57,825 bases of DNA from Eubacteriales bacterium (GTDB lineage: Bacteria > Bacillota > Clostridia > Oscillospirales > CAG-272), in contig JAZNTT010000080.1 of NCBI GenBank assembly GCA_045591885.1, positions 1 through 57,825 of the forward strand, written 5' to 3'. Positions 18,422-27,506 of this stretch are shown here, piece by piece. The stretch's first letter is position 1, and each line of letters starts with the position of its first letter. Under the pieces are notes generated by a model, which saw nothing but the letters and a program-made list of their open reading frames with translations, was not told the DNA's origin and did no database searches. Position numbers and translations under genes: made by a program.

Positions 18422-20308
18422 TTATCGTCTCTTTTCCGCAATTTCAATAACGAGGTCGGAAATGAACTTGTCAACGTCAACAGAGCCGAGGTCGCCGTTC
18501 TTCCAGGAACGAACCGCAACAGCGTTTTCCTCCATTTCCTTATCTCCGATTATGAGCATGTAAGGAGTCTTTGAGAGCTGTGCCTGACGGATCTTGTAAC
18601 CGATCTTTTCGTAACGGTCGTCAACCTCAACGCGCATTCCGAGGTCTTCCATACGCTTAGCGATCTTGTTAGTGTATTCAAGATGCTCGTTTCCAATGGG
18701 AAGAAGCTTTACCTGAACGGGTGCAAGCCACGTCGGGAATGAACCTGCGTACTTCTCAATAAGGTAAGCAAGCGTTCTCTCGTAGCATCCGAGGGATGTG
18801 CGGTGGATGATGTACGGCGTCTTCTTCTGTCCGTCGGTGTCGGTATATTCCATTCCAAACTTTTCAGCGAGAAGCATATCTATCTGAATGGTTACGATGG
18901 TATCTTCCTTACCGAATACGTTCTTATACTGAATATCGAGCTTAGGACCGTAGAAAGCAGCCTCGTCAATACCGATCTCATAGTCGATTCCGATATTGTC
19001 AAGAATGTTCTTCATGACGTTCTGGGCTTCATTCCACTGCTCAGCTGTTCCTTCATACTTCTTAGTATTGTTGGGATCCCACTGAGAGAAACGGAACGTG
19101 CAGCCCTCAAGCATTCCAACGGTATCGAGCACGTATTTAGCAAGCTCAAGACAGCCCTTGAATTCTTCTTCAAGCTGTTCGGGACGAAGAACGAGGTGTC
19201 CTTCGGAGATCGTAAACTGACGGACACGGATAAGTCCGTGCATCTCTCCCGAATCCTCGTTGCGGAAAAGGGTAGAGGTCTCGCCGAATCTCATGGGAAG
19301 CTCACGGTAGGAACGCGGCTTGTTAAGGAATACCTGATACTGGAAGGGGCAGGTCATGGGACGGAGAGCGAAGCATTCCTTGGTTTCATCATCAGCATCG
19401 CCGAGAATGAACATACCGTCGCGGTAGTGATCCCAGTGTCCCGAGATCTTATAAAGGTCACGCTTAGCCATGAAAGGAGTTTTGGTAAGGAGGTAACCTC
19501 TCTTCTGTTCCTCATCCTCGATCCATCTCTGAAGAAGCTGAACAACTCTTGCACCCTTGGGAAGAAGGATCGGGAGGCCCTGTCCGATTGTATCAACGGT
19601 AGTGAAAAGCTCAAGGTCGCGTCCGAGCTTGTTGTGGTCGCGCTTTCTTGCTTCTTCAACCTGAGTGAGATACTCATTAAGTGCGTCTTTGTTAGGATAT
19701 GCTGTGCCGTAAATACGCTGAAGCATTTTATTTTGCGAATTTCCTTCCCAATATGCACCCGTACACTGAGTAAGCTTAAACGCCTTTACAGCGCCCGTGC
19801 TGTGAAGATGCGGACCTGCACAAAGATCGGTAAACTCACCCTGACGGTAGAAGGAAATATCGCTGCCCTCGGGGATTCGGTCTATAAGAAGCACCTTGTA
19901 AGGCTCGTTCTTTTCTTCCATGAGCTTTTTAGCTTCGTCGCGGGGAAGAGTAAAGCGCTCAATGATAAGGTTCTCCTTTACGATCTTCTTCATCTCCGCC
20001 TCAATCTTAGTAAGGATCTCGGGTGAAAAAGAAACGTCACTGTCGATGTCATAATAAAAGCCGTTGTCAACGGACGGACCAATCGTGAGCTTCGCATCGG
20101 GATAAAGACGCTTTACCGCCTGCGCAAGAATGTGAGATGCGGTGTGCCAAAAGACCTCTTTTCCTTCCTTGCTTTCGAAGGTAACGGGAGTTACTTCACA
20201 GTCACCGATCTCAGTAGAAAGAGCGATCACGGTATCTCCGCATTTTGCCGCAAGAACTTCGCGGCTCATAAGCTCTTTTTCTTTCAAGAATTCATAAGCA
20301 GTTTTCAT
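18422..20308 (-). CDS. thrS: Threonine--tRNA ligase
   Basis: Starts MKTAYEFLKEK. TGS domain, editing-domain HTASHILAQAV, class II core. RBS GGAGGG lies before the ATG at 20308; the ORF-track extension covers the leader. Confidence 0.95.
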   Translation of the reverse strand: MKTAYEFLKEKELMSREVLAAKCGDTVIALSTEIGDCEVTPVTFESKEGKEVFWHTASHILAQAVKRLYPDAKLTIGPSVDNGFYYDIDSDVSFSPEILTKIEAEMKKIVKENLIIERFTLPRDEAKKLMEEKNEPYKVLLIDRIPEGSDISFYRQGEFTDLCAGPHLHSTGAVKAFKLTQCTGAYWEGNSQNKMLQRIYGTAYPNKDALNEYLTQVEEARKRDHNKLGRDLELFTTVDTIGQGLPILLPKGARVVQLLQRWIEDEEQKRGYLLTKTPFMAKRDLYKISGHWDHYRDGMFILGDADDETKECFALRPMTCPFQYQVFLNKPRSYRELPMRFGETSTLFRNEDSGEMHGLIRVRQFTISEGHLVLRPEQLEEEFKGCLELAKYVLDTVGMLEGCTFRFSQWDPNNTKKYEGTAEQWNEAQNVMKNILDNIGIDYEIGIDEAAFYGPKLDIQYKNVFGKEDTIVTIQIDMLLAEKFGMEYTDTDGQKKTPYIIHRTSLGCYERTLAYLIEKYAGSFPTWLAPVQVKLLPIGNEHLEYTNKIAKRMEDLGMRVEVDDRYEKIGYKIRQAQLSKTPYMLIIGDKEMEENAVAVRSWKNGDLGSVDVDKFISDLVIEIAEKRR

Positions 20309-20320
20309 ATAAAAACCCTC

Positions 20321-20532
20321 CAAAAAATAAGATAACACCCCGAACAATAATCTGTTCGGGGTGTGGAAATTACAAGAATCGCCGCACGGTTCCACCCAAT
20401 ACTTTAACTCATTTGTGTTCGGTTGTGTCACGGCGGTGGTACCTTATATACGCTGCCGACGCAGTTTTCAGCTACCCTGCGCTCTCTGTACGGTGCATTT
20501 ACATAAGACGTGTCCGTCGAGGTATTTCTACA
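20321..20532 (-). promoter_or_regulatory. T-box leader (Thr) with terminator, upstream of thrS
   Basis: Minus strand shows AGAGAGCGCAGGGTAGCTGAAAA (stem I), an ACC candidate specifier, the T-box core GGGTGGAACCGTGCGG (plus 20382-20397), and hairpin ACACCCCGAACA..TGTTCGGGGTGT plus T-run. Promoter TTGACA(20562-20567)-17-TAAAAT(20539-20544). Confidence 0.85.
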
Positions 20533-20601
20533 TAGCCAATTTTAACATCAAAAGGCGGATTTGTCAAGCACTTTTTTGATAACCTTTCTTTATCATTTAT
20601 G

Positions 20602-20630
20602 TTGACAATTATTTTTACATTTGGTATAAT
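20602..20630 (+). promoter_or_regulatory. alaS promoter (consensus sigma-A type)
   Basis: TTGACA(20602-20607)-17nt-TGgTATAAT(20622-20630). Confidence 0.75.
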
Positions 20631-20672
20631 TAGTGAGTTAATAAAATGTATTCCCTTTTTGGAGGTTTCACA

Positions 20673-23303
20673 ATGAAGTGGACTGGCTTAAATGAACTGC
20701 GCGAAAAGTACCTTTCTTTTTTTGAAAGCAAAGGCCATCTTCGCCACAAGAGTTATCCTCTTGTACCGATCAACGATAAATCTATCCTTCTCATAAACGC
20801 GGGTATGACTCCCCTTAAAAAGTATTTTACGGGAGAGCTTGAGCCGCCCCGCCACAGAATGACGACCTGTCAGAAGTGTATTCGAACGCCCGATATTGAC
20901 CGAGTTGGTATTACTGCGCGTCACGGTACATTCTTTGAAATGCTCGGTAACTTCTCGTTTGGTGATTACTTTAAGAGAGAAGCTATAAATTGGGCATGGG
21001 AATTTATTACCGAGGTGCTCGAGCTTCCGAAGGATCGTCTTTGGGTAACTATTTATCTTGACGATGATGAGGCGTATGACATCTGGGCAAACGAGATCGG
21101 CGTTGATCCTGCTCATATTGTCCGTCTCGGAAAGGAAGATAACTTCTGGGAGCACGGCTCCGGTCCTTGCGGTCCTTGCTCCGAGATACACTTTGACCGC
21201 GGTCCTGAATACGGATGCGGCTCTCCCGACTGTAAGCCGGGATGCGATTGCGACCGATTTATGGAATTCTGGAACCTCGTTTTCACGCAGTTCGATAACG
21301 ACGGTAACAATAACTATACTCGTCTCGCAAAGCCCAATATCGACACAGGTATGGGTCTTGAGCGTCTTGCTTGCCTTATGCAGGGTGTAAACAACCTTTT
21401 CGAGGTCGACACTGTACGTAATATAATGAAGGCGGTTGAGGACGCGGCTAACGTTAAGTACGGAGATAACGAAAAGAATGATATTTCGCTCCGCGTTATA
21501 ACCGACCATATCCGTTCGTCGAGCTTTATGATCTGCGACGGTGTTCATCCTTCGAATACCGGACGCGGATACGTTCTTAGAAGACTTCTTCGCCGTGCCG
21601 CAAGACACGGTAGAATGCTTGGTATTTCCGGTACGTTCCTTTCCGATATTTGCACAGTAGTTGCAAGAGAAAACTATTCCGAGTATCCCGAGCTTACCGA
21701 AAAGCTTGATTTCATCAAGAGAGTTATCGAGAATGAGGAAAAGGCGTTTGCCGCTACAATCGACGCAGGTCTTTCTATCCTTTCGAATCTTATTCGCAAG
21801 GCAACCGAGGACGGCATGAAGGTTCTTTCGGGTGACGACGTTTTCCGTCTTTACGATACATACGGCTTCCCGCTTGACCTTACACGTGAGATTGCTGAGG
21901 AGCACAAGCTCGAGATCGACGAAGAGTCCTTCAAGCGCTTCCTCAATGCACAGAAGCAGAGATCAAAGGATGCAAGATCTAACATTTCCGGTTGGAGCGA
22001 CGCTTCCAAGTCGATCATAACCGCCTTTGATAAGACCGAATTCTGCGGATACGATAATACCTCGTGCGAGGCAAAGGTAATCGCAATTCTCGACGGCGAC
22101 GAGTCTGTCGATGAAATCACAGAAGGCGAGTTTACTCTTATTACCGATAAGACCGTCTTCTATGGAGAGGGCGGCGGTCAGGTCGGTGATACCGGTATCA
22201 TCTATGATGAAGACACGATGATTACCGTAACCGATACGAAGAAGGTTGACGGCGTTTATATTCACATCTGTTCTCTTGCAAGCGGCGACGTCAAGGTTGG
22301 TGATACCGTTAAGCTTGAAATCAACATAGGCAGAAGAGTCTCGATCATGAGAAACCATTCGGCATGCCACATGCTTCAGGCGGCGCTTCGCCAGGTCCTC
22401 GGAAACCACGTTGAGCAGGCGGGTTCTTACGTCGATGAAAGCAGAGTTCGCTTTGACTTTACACATTTTGCGGCTCTTACTGATAAGGAGCTTCGCGAAG
22501 TCGAGGCACTTGTAAACTACCATATTCTTCTCGGCGAAACTATCAATACCGTTGAGACCGACATCGAAACTGCGAAGAAAGAGGGTGCAATGGCGCTCTT
22601 CGGAGAAAAGTACGGTAGTACTGTCCGTATGGTCAAGATGGGCAACTTCTCGACCGAGCTTTGCGGAGGTACTCACCTTGATAACACGGGCAAGGCAGGA
22701 CTTTTCAAGATCATTTCCGAGACCTCGGTTGCGGCAGGCGTAAGAAGAATCGAAGGAACGACAGGTCTTGGCGTTCTTGCGCTTCTTGCTGAAAAGGACA
22801 ACCTGATCGGCGATACCGCGAAAGAGCTTAAGGTCGGAAATCCTCTCGATCTTCCCAAGAAGGTCGTTCAGCTTCAGACTGAGCTTAAGGCGGCTAAGAG
22901 CGAGATCGAATCGCTCAATAGCAAGCTTGCGGCAGGTCAGACCGATGCTATCAAATCAGGAATGAAGACCGTAAACGGCATCAATCTTATTGTTCACACG
23001 CTTAAGGATGCAGCATCCGATATGCCAAGAAGTATTTGTGACGAGCTTAAAGCAAGTGACGACAATGTTGTTGCGGTGATTGCGCTCGTTAACGGTGGCA
23101 AGCTCACGTTCAGTGCTTGCTGCGGAAAAAATGCAGTTGCGAAGGGCGCACACGCAGGAATGATCCTAAAGAACGTCAGCGCCATCTGTAACGGTGGCGG
23201 CGGTGGTCGTCCCGACAGCGCTTCGTCGGGCGGTAAGGACATTTCCAAGCTTGATGAGGCTCTTAATGCAGTAGAAGAAATACTTCTGTCTCAGCTTAAA
23301 TAA
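20673..23303 (+). CDS. alaS: Alanine--tRNA ligase
   Basis: Starts MKWTGLNELREKYLSFFESKGH. Editing-domain HxxxH/CxxxH motifs and a DHHA1-like C-terminus. RBS GGAGG lies before the ATG at 20673. Confidence 0.95.
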   Translation: MKWTGLNELREKYLSFFESKGHLRHKSYPLVPINDKSILLINAGMTPLKKYFTGELEPPRHRMTTCQKCIRTPDIDRVGITARHGTFFEMLGNFSFGDYFKREAINWAWEFITEVLELPKDRLWVTIYLDDDEAYDIWANEIGVDPAHIVRLGKEDNFWEHGSGPCGPCSEIHFDRGPEYGCGSPDCKPGCDCDRFMEFWNLVFTQFDNDGNNNYTRLAKPNIDTGMGLERLACLMQGVNNLFEVDTVRNIMKAVEDAANVKYGDNEKNDISLRVITDHIRSSSFMICDGVHPSNTGRGYVLRRLLRRAARHGRMLGISGTFLSDICTVVARENYSEYPELTEKLDFIKRVIENEEKAFAATIDAGLSILSNLIRKATEDGMKVLSGDDVFRLYDTYGFPLDLTREIAEEHKLEIDEESFKRFLNAQKQRSKDARSNISGWSDASKSIITAFDKTEFCGYDNTSCEAKVIAILDGDESVDEITEGEFTLITDKTVFYGEGGGQVGDTGIIYDEDTMITVTDTKKVDGVYIHICSLASGDVKVGDTVKLEINIGRRVSIMRNHSACHMLQAALRQVLGNHVEQAGSYVDESRVRFDFTHFAALTDKELREVEALVNYHILLGETINTVETDIETAKKEGAMALFGEKYGSTVRMVKMGNFSTELCGGTHLDNTGKAGLFKIISETSVAAGVRRIEGTTGLGVLALLAEKDNLIGDTAKELKVGNPLDLPKKVVQLQTELKAAKSEIESLNSKLAAGQTDAIKSGMKTVNGINLIVHTLKDAASDMPRSICDELKASDDNVVAVIALVNGGKLTFSACCGKNAVAKGAHAGMILKNVSAICNGGGGGRPDSASSGGKDISKLDEALNAVEEILLSQLK

Positions 23304-23313
23304 TTATAATTTT

Positions 23314-23347
23314 AGAGCACCGTTTTAATGACGGTGTTCTATTTTTA
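23314..23347 (+). terminator. alaS terminator
   Basis: AGAGCACCGT..ACGGTGTTCT hairpin plus T-run. Confidence 0.75.
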
Positions 23348-23368
23348 TTATTAAATTATGAATATTTC

Positions 23369-23397
23369 TTGACAAAATCGGTACTTTGTTATACAAT
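23369..23397 (+). promoter_or_regulatory. Promoter of the PadR-led cluster
   Basis: TTGACA(23369-23374)-17nt-TACAAT(23392-23397). Two GGTACT repeats flank the -10. Confidence 0.65.
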
Positions 23398-23446
23398 ATA
23401 CTGGTACTATGCTATGCAAGGTATCAATATTTACGGAGGAAAAGAT

Positions 23447-23776
23447 ATGACGTTTGATAAATCCCAGCTGATGCGCGGTACCCTTGAGGGATGTATTCTC
23501 AAAATTATCAGTGAAAAGACAACGTATGGATACGAGATACTTCTTCGTTTGAAGCAGCTTGGCTTCTCGGATATCTCCGAGGGCACTATATATCCTTTGC
23601 TTCTGCGCCTTGAAAAGCAGGGAAGCATTGTTTCAAAACTTTTACCGTCTCCGCTTGGTCCCAAAAGGAAGTACTATTCAATAACCGATGAGGGAACAAT
23701 GTATCTTGCGTCATTTATAAACGCTTGGACACAAATTTCTGATTCCGTAGCTGTTATTATCGGAAGGGAGGACTGA
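23447..23776 (+). CDS. PadR-family transcriptional regulator
   Basis: 109 aa. LEGCILKIISEKTTYGYEI..GTIYPLLLRLEKQG winged-helix signature. RBS GGAGGA lies before the ATG at 23447. Confidence 0.85.
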   Translation: MTFDKSQLMRGTLEGCILKIISEKTTYGYEILLRLKQLGFSDISEGTIYPLLLRLEKQGSIVSKLLPSPLGPKRKYYSITDEGTMYLASFINAWTQISDSVAVIIGRED

Positions 23777-23779
23777 GAC

Positions 23780-24457
23780 ATGAAAAAGGATATTAAGAAT
23801 TCGTGGCGAGTTTTAACTAAAGAGAATAGGAAAATTATAATGAAGATCGCTCACTATCTTGAGAGCAGATATATAAATCAGGTTGCAGGCGAGGAAATAT
23901 TTTCCGACATCGTCGGTATGGCGCTTGAATGTCAGGAACGCGGCGATTCGTTTGCTAATATGATCGGATCAGACCACGAAGCGTTCTGTCGAGAGCTTAT
24001 TAGAAATTCCCCTCGACAGCACTTTCATGAAAGAATACTTCACGTTCTTCACTGGTTCTTGCTCTTCGCAACGTTTATTATGCCCGGCTTGTTTATTGTT
24101 GAATTTCTGATGCCGCATTATTTTCCCGGCAGTGTTGACGGTCTCATTTTTACCGTTAAGCTGTCGTATATTCTCAAATATTATATAATAATGTTGGTTC
24201 TTGTCATCGGATGGTTCATTGTCCGTATGCACACCTATAAACCAACCGAATACGTTCTTGGCACCTATTTCGCAGTGTTCATGCTATTCTTTCTTTTTAC
24301 GGATGGTGTTCTGGCATTTATAATGAACGATACTGTTTTAGAAATCAATATAATAATCTGGACAATAGTTGTTGCAATTCTTTTGGTTATTTGTGATCTC
24401 ACCAGAAGAGTTATTGCAATGAGTATTGCATATGCAAAAAACAAAAATAACAAATAA
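23780..24457 (+). CDS. PadR-associated membrane protein (soluble helical N-domain plus ~4 TM)
   Basis: 225 aa. Begins 3 nt after the padR stop. This architecture is typical of membrane partners encoded next to PadR regulators. Confidence 0.6.
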   Translation: MKKDIKNSWRVLTKENRKIIMKIAHYLESRYINQVAGEEIFSDIVGMALECQERGDSFANMIGSDHEAFCRELIRNSPRQHFHERILHVLHWFLLFATFIMPGLFIVEFLMPHYFPGSVDGLIFTVKLSYILKYYIIMLVLVIGWFIVRMHTYKPTEYVLGTYFAVFMLFFLFTDGVLAFIMNDTVLEINIIIWTIVVAILLVICDLTRRVIAMSIAYAKNKNNK

Positions 24458-24470
24458 AGAGGTACGATTT

Positions 24471-25352
24471 ATGGAACAGAGAAAGCGCCGCAGAGGTGAC
24501 AGAAAAGACGGATACCTTGTCCGAGACATCGACTCGATGCATGCACTTGCACCGTATATGCTGCCTAATCGCGCTGATAATGAGGCGTTTCTTACCGAAT
24601 CGTTTGATATGACCAATGTTATAACTTATATCAACGGTAAAAATGCCGATAACCCTGAATTCAAGTATACATTCTTTCATTTTATCGTTGCGGCCATCGC
24701 TAAAACGATCGTCCTTCGTCCGAAGATGAATAGGTTTTATTCCGGTCACCGTCTCTATGACAGAAAAGACCTCCTTTTCTCATTTGTAGTAAAAAAACAG
24801 TTTTCTGACAATGCCGAAGAGGTTCTTGCCACGATTAAAGTAGATCCTGACTGTGACGTTCCTCCGATCGAGCAAGTGTATGAAAAAGTAAAGAAGATTG
24901 TTTTTAGTGTCCGCAAGGAAAATAAAACTGATTCAACAACTGAAAAAATGGATATACTCCTTAAAATACCTCGTCCAATTCTTCGCTTAGCGATAAAGGT
25001 GCTTCGATGGCTTGAATACCACGGCAAATATCCCAAATCTCTTATGAGAGATGACCCGTATTATTCCAGTGTTTTTCTTTCTAATCTCGGAAGCATTAAA
25101 ATGAGTGCGGATTATCATCATCTTGCAAATTGGGGAACAAATTCTATATTCGGTATCATCGGTGAGATGAAACCGATGCCATTCTACGGTGCTGATGGTA
25201 GTGTTACAGTAAAGCAAGGTTTAAATATTAGTCTTACCATTGACGAGAGAATTGCAGACGGTTTCTACTTTGCTAACAGCATAAAGATTCTTCGAAAGCT
25301 TATTGAAAACCCGGCTCTTATAGACGAACCGATAAATAAACCCGTCGTATAA
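24471..25352 (+). CDS. Stand-alone acyltransferase of the 2-oxoacid-dehydrogenase E2 / CAT / condensation fold
   Basis: 293 aa. No lipoyl or E3-binding domains. C-terminal ...LTIDERIADGFYFA aligns to the DHRxxDG / HHxxxDG active-site motif. RBS AGAGG lies before the ATG at 24471. Confidence 0.7.
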   Translation: MEQRKRRRGDRKDGYLVRDIDSMHALAPYMLPNRADNEAFLTESFDMTNVITYINGKNADNPEFKYTFFHFIVAAIAKTIVLRPKMNRFYSGHRLYDRKDLLFSFVVKKQFSDNAEEVLATIKVDPDCDVPPIEQVYEKVKKIVFSVRKENKTDSTTEKMDILLKIPRPILRLAIKVLRWLEYHGKYPKSLMRDDPYYSSVFLSNLGSIKMSADYHHLANWGTNSIFGIIGEMKPMPFYGADGSVTVKQGLNISLTIDERIADGFYFANSIKILRKLIENPALIDEPINKPVV

Positions 25353-25364
25353 AGGAGATGGAAA

Positions 25365-27110
25365 ATGGAGAACGTTAAAGCCCCTTGGCTTAATAATTAC
25401 GGCGACGTGCCGCATACACTTGAATATAAACAGGGAAGTATGTGGGAAGCCGTTCTCGATATGGCCAAGCTTTATCCTGAATACATATCATTCGTATTTA
25501 TGGGTAAAAAAACAAAGTATTCGGAATTTGTAAAACAGGTAGACTCTTGCGCAAAAGCGCTTAAAAGCATTGGCGTTAAGGAAGGCGATCGCGTAACAAT
25601 CTGCATGCCGAACTGCCCTCAGGGAATTATTATGTTCTATGCTGTCAACGTTGTAGGCGGAATTGCAAACATGATACACCCCCTCTCGGCGGAAAAGGAA
25701 ATTGCTTTCTATCTGAATGATTCTAAGAGCGTAGCTGCAATTACTCTTGATCAGTTTTATCCTAAGTTTGAAGCAATAAGAGATCAGGTTTCAATCAACA
25801 CTCTCATAATTGCGGATATTAAAGACGCGCTATCTCCGGTTATGAAGTTAGGCTATGCGCTGACATCCGGCAGAAAAATCAAGAAGATTCCTGCTGATGC
25901 GCCTATAATTAGATGGAACGATTTTATTAAGGCCGGTAAATCTTACCATGGAAAATATAAGGTAAAGCGAGTTGCGTCCGATCCCGCTGTTACACTTTAT
26001 AGCGGCGGTACAACAGGCGTAAGCAAGGGAATCTTGCTGTCTAACCTTAACTTTAATGCTCTTGCTGCACAGATAATTGCGACAAACCCTGTCTTCTGTC
26101 CCGGCGATACAATGCTTGCGGCGATGCCTATATTCCATGGATTCGGTCTTGGCGTAAGCATTCATTCCATGCTTGCAAACGGCGGAAAATGTGTTCTTGT
26201 ACCAAGATTTACTCCGGCAAGCTATGCTAAATTGATTGTTAAATATCGCTGCAACTTTATGGCCGGCGTTCCGACACTTTATGAAGCGCTTCTTCGACAG
26301 CCCGTCATGGAGGGGGCGGACCTATCTTGTCTCAAGGGCGTCTACAGTGGCGGAGATTCGCTATCGGTTGAACTTAAAAAGAAACTCGATGCTTTCTTGA
26401 CAGAGCATAATGCAACAGTTAAGGTAAGAGAGGGATACGGTACTACAGAATGTGTTACCGCGAGCTGCCTTACTCCTCTCCATCTCGCTAAGGAGGGAAG
26501 TATCGGTCAACCGTTCCCCGACACCTTCTATAAGATTGTCAGGCCGGGAACACAAGAGGAGCTTCCATACGGCGAGGACGGCGAAATCTGTCTTTCCGGG
26601 CCAACTACCATGATGGAATACGTTGGTCACCCTGAGGAAACCGCTCAAACCTTGCAAATTCACGCAGACGGAAGAAAGTGGGTTCATACCGGAGACCTTG
26701 GACATATGGACGAGGACGGATTCATCTATTTCAAGCAGCGAATTAAGAGAATGATTATTACAAGTGGATATAATGTCTATCCGTCTCAGCTTGAAAATAT
26801 ATTGGATGCACATGAGATTGTACAGATGAGCTGTGTAATTGGTGTTCCCGACCCGATAAGGGTGCAGAAAATTAAGGCATTCGTTATGCTAAAGCCGGGC
26901 ATTCAGAAGACCGTCGAGAACAAATCTGTACTTATTGAATATTGCAAAAAGAACATAGCAAAATACGCAATTCCTTATGACATCGAATTCCGCGATCAGC
27001 TTCCCAAGACCTTGGTCGGTAAGGTAGCATATAGGGTCCTCGAAGAAGAGGAGAACGCTAAACGTACAGAGCAAGAAAATACTACAGATGCTCTGACAGC
27101 CGCTAACTGA
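25365..27110 (+). CDS. Adenylate-forming enzyme (acyl-CoA/acyl-carrier-protein ligase family)
   Basis: 581 aa. YSGGTTGVSKG, GYGTTE, TGDLGHMDEDGF, GKVAYRVL motifs of the ANL superfamily. Confidence 0.85.
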   Translation: MENVKAPWLNNYGDVPHTLEYKQGSMWEAVLDMAKLYPEYISFVFMGKKTKYSEFVKQVDSCAKALKSIGVKEGDRVTICMPNCPQGIIMFYAVNVVGGIANMIHPLSAEKEIAFYLNDSKSVAAITLDQFYPKFEAIRDQVSINTLIIADIKDALSPVMKLGYALTSGRKIKKIPADAPIIRWNDFIKAGKSYHGKYKVKRVASDPAVTLYSGGTTGVSKGILLSNLNFNALAAQIIATNPVFCPGDTMLAAMPIFHGFGLGVSIHSMLANGGKCVLVPRFTPASYAKLIVKYRCNFMAGVPTLYEALLRQPVMEGADLSCLKGVYSGGDSLSVELKKKLDAFLTEHNATVKVREGYGTTECVTASCLTPLHLAKEGSIGQPFPDTFYKIVRPGTQEELPYGEDGEICLSGPTTMMEYVGHPEETAQTLQIHADGRKWVHTGDLGHMDEDGFIYFKQRIKRMIITSGYNVYPSQLENILDAHEIVQMSCVIGVPDPIRVQKIKAFVMLKPGIQKTVENKSVLIEYCKKNIAKYAIPYDIEFRDQLPKTLVGKVAYRVLEEEENAKRTEQENTTDALTAAN

Positions 27111-27252
27111 TTTGTTTGATCCTCAAGCGACGTGTTAGCTTATATTAATCAAAACGTTATAAATTGATCTGTGTTAGTTCATAAAATTGGCTTATTATAT
27201 ACTTGTTAAGTTTCTATGAGTCAAGTTATACTTAACAATAAAGGAGACACTT

Positions 27253-27492
27253 ATGTATCAGGAAATCTTGGAAAAAATAATTTCTACCATCGTAGACGAG
27301 CTTGGAATTGACAGAGAGGAAATTAATGAGAACTCAAAGATCGTGTCAGATCTTGATGTCAATTCACTTGAGCTTCTTAACGTTATAATGGCAATAGAGG
27401 AGGATTTCGAAATTACCTTCGAAGAGGGCAGACTTAGGAAGATAAAGACTGTTGGAGATATCGTTAAATACGTTGTTGAGCTCAAAGCGTAA
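27253..27492 (+). CDS. Free-standing acyl/peptidyl carrier protein
   Basis: 79 aa. DLDVNSLELLNVIMAIEEDF matches the carrier-protein helix II with the phosphopantetheine Ser (NSL). RBS AAGGAG. Confidence 0.8.
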   Translation: MYQEILEKIISTIVDELGIDREEINENSKIVSDLDVNSLELLNVIMAIEEDFEITFEEGRLRKIKTVGDIVKYVVELKA

Positions 27493-27506
27493 AGGAGGAT
27501 TAGGAT

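Noticed and set aside
18803-20026. 407-aa ORF antisense to thrS; likewise 20688-21905 (405 aa, antisense to alaS), 177-1217 (346 aa, antisense to the hydrogenase) and 1321-2256 (311 aa, antisense to pheT)
   Set aside because: All lie inside strongly supported genes on the other strand. They lack RBS and recognisable domains and have odd composition, so I treat them as shadow ORFs.
20309-20431. N-terminal 41-codon extension of the thrS ORF in the ORF track (also 4629-4907 near pheS)
   Set aside because: The extension covers the T-box core and terminator hairpin. The real start at 20308 has a GGAGGG RBS.
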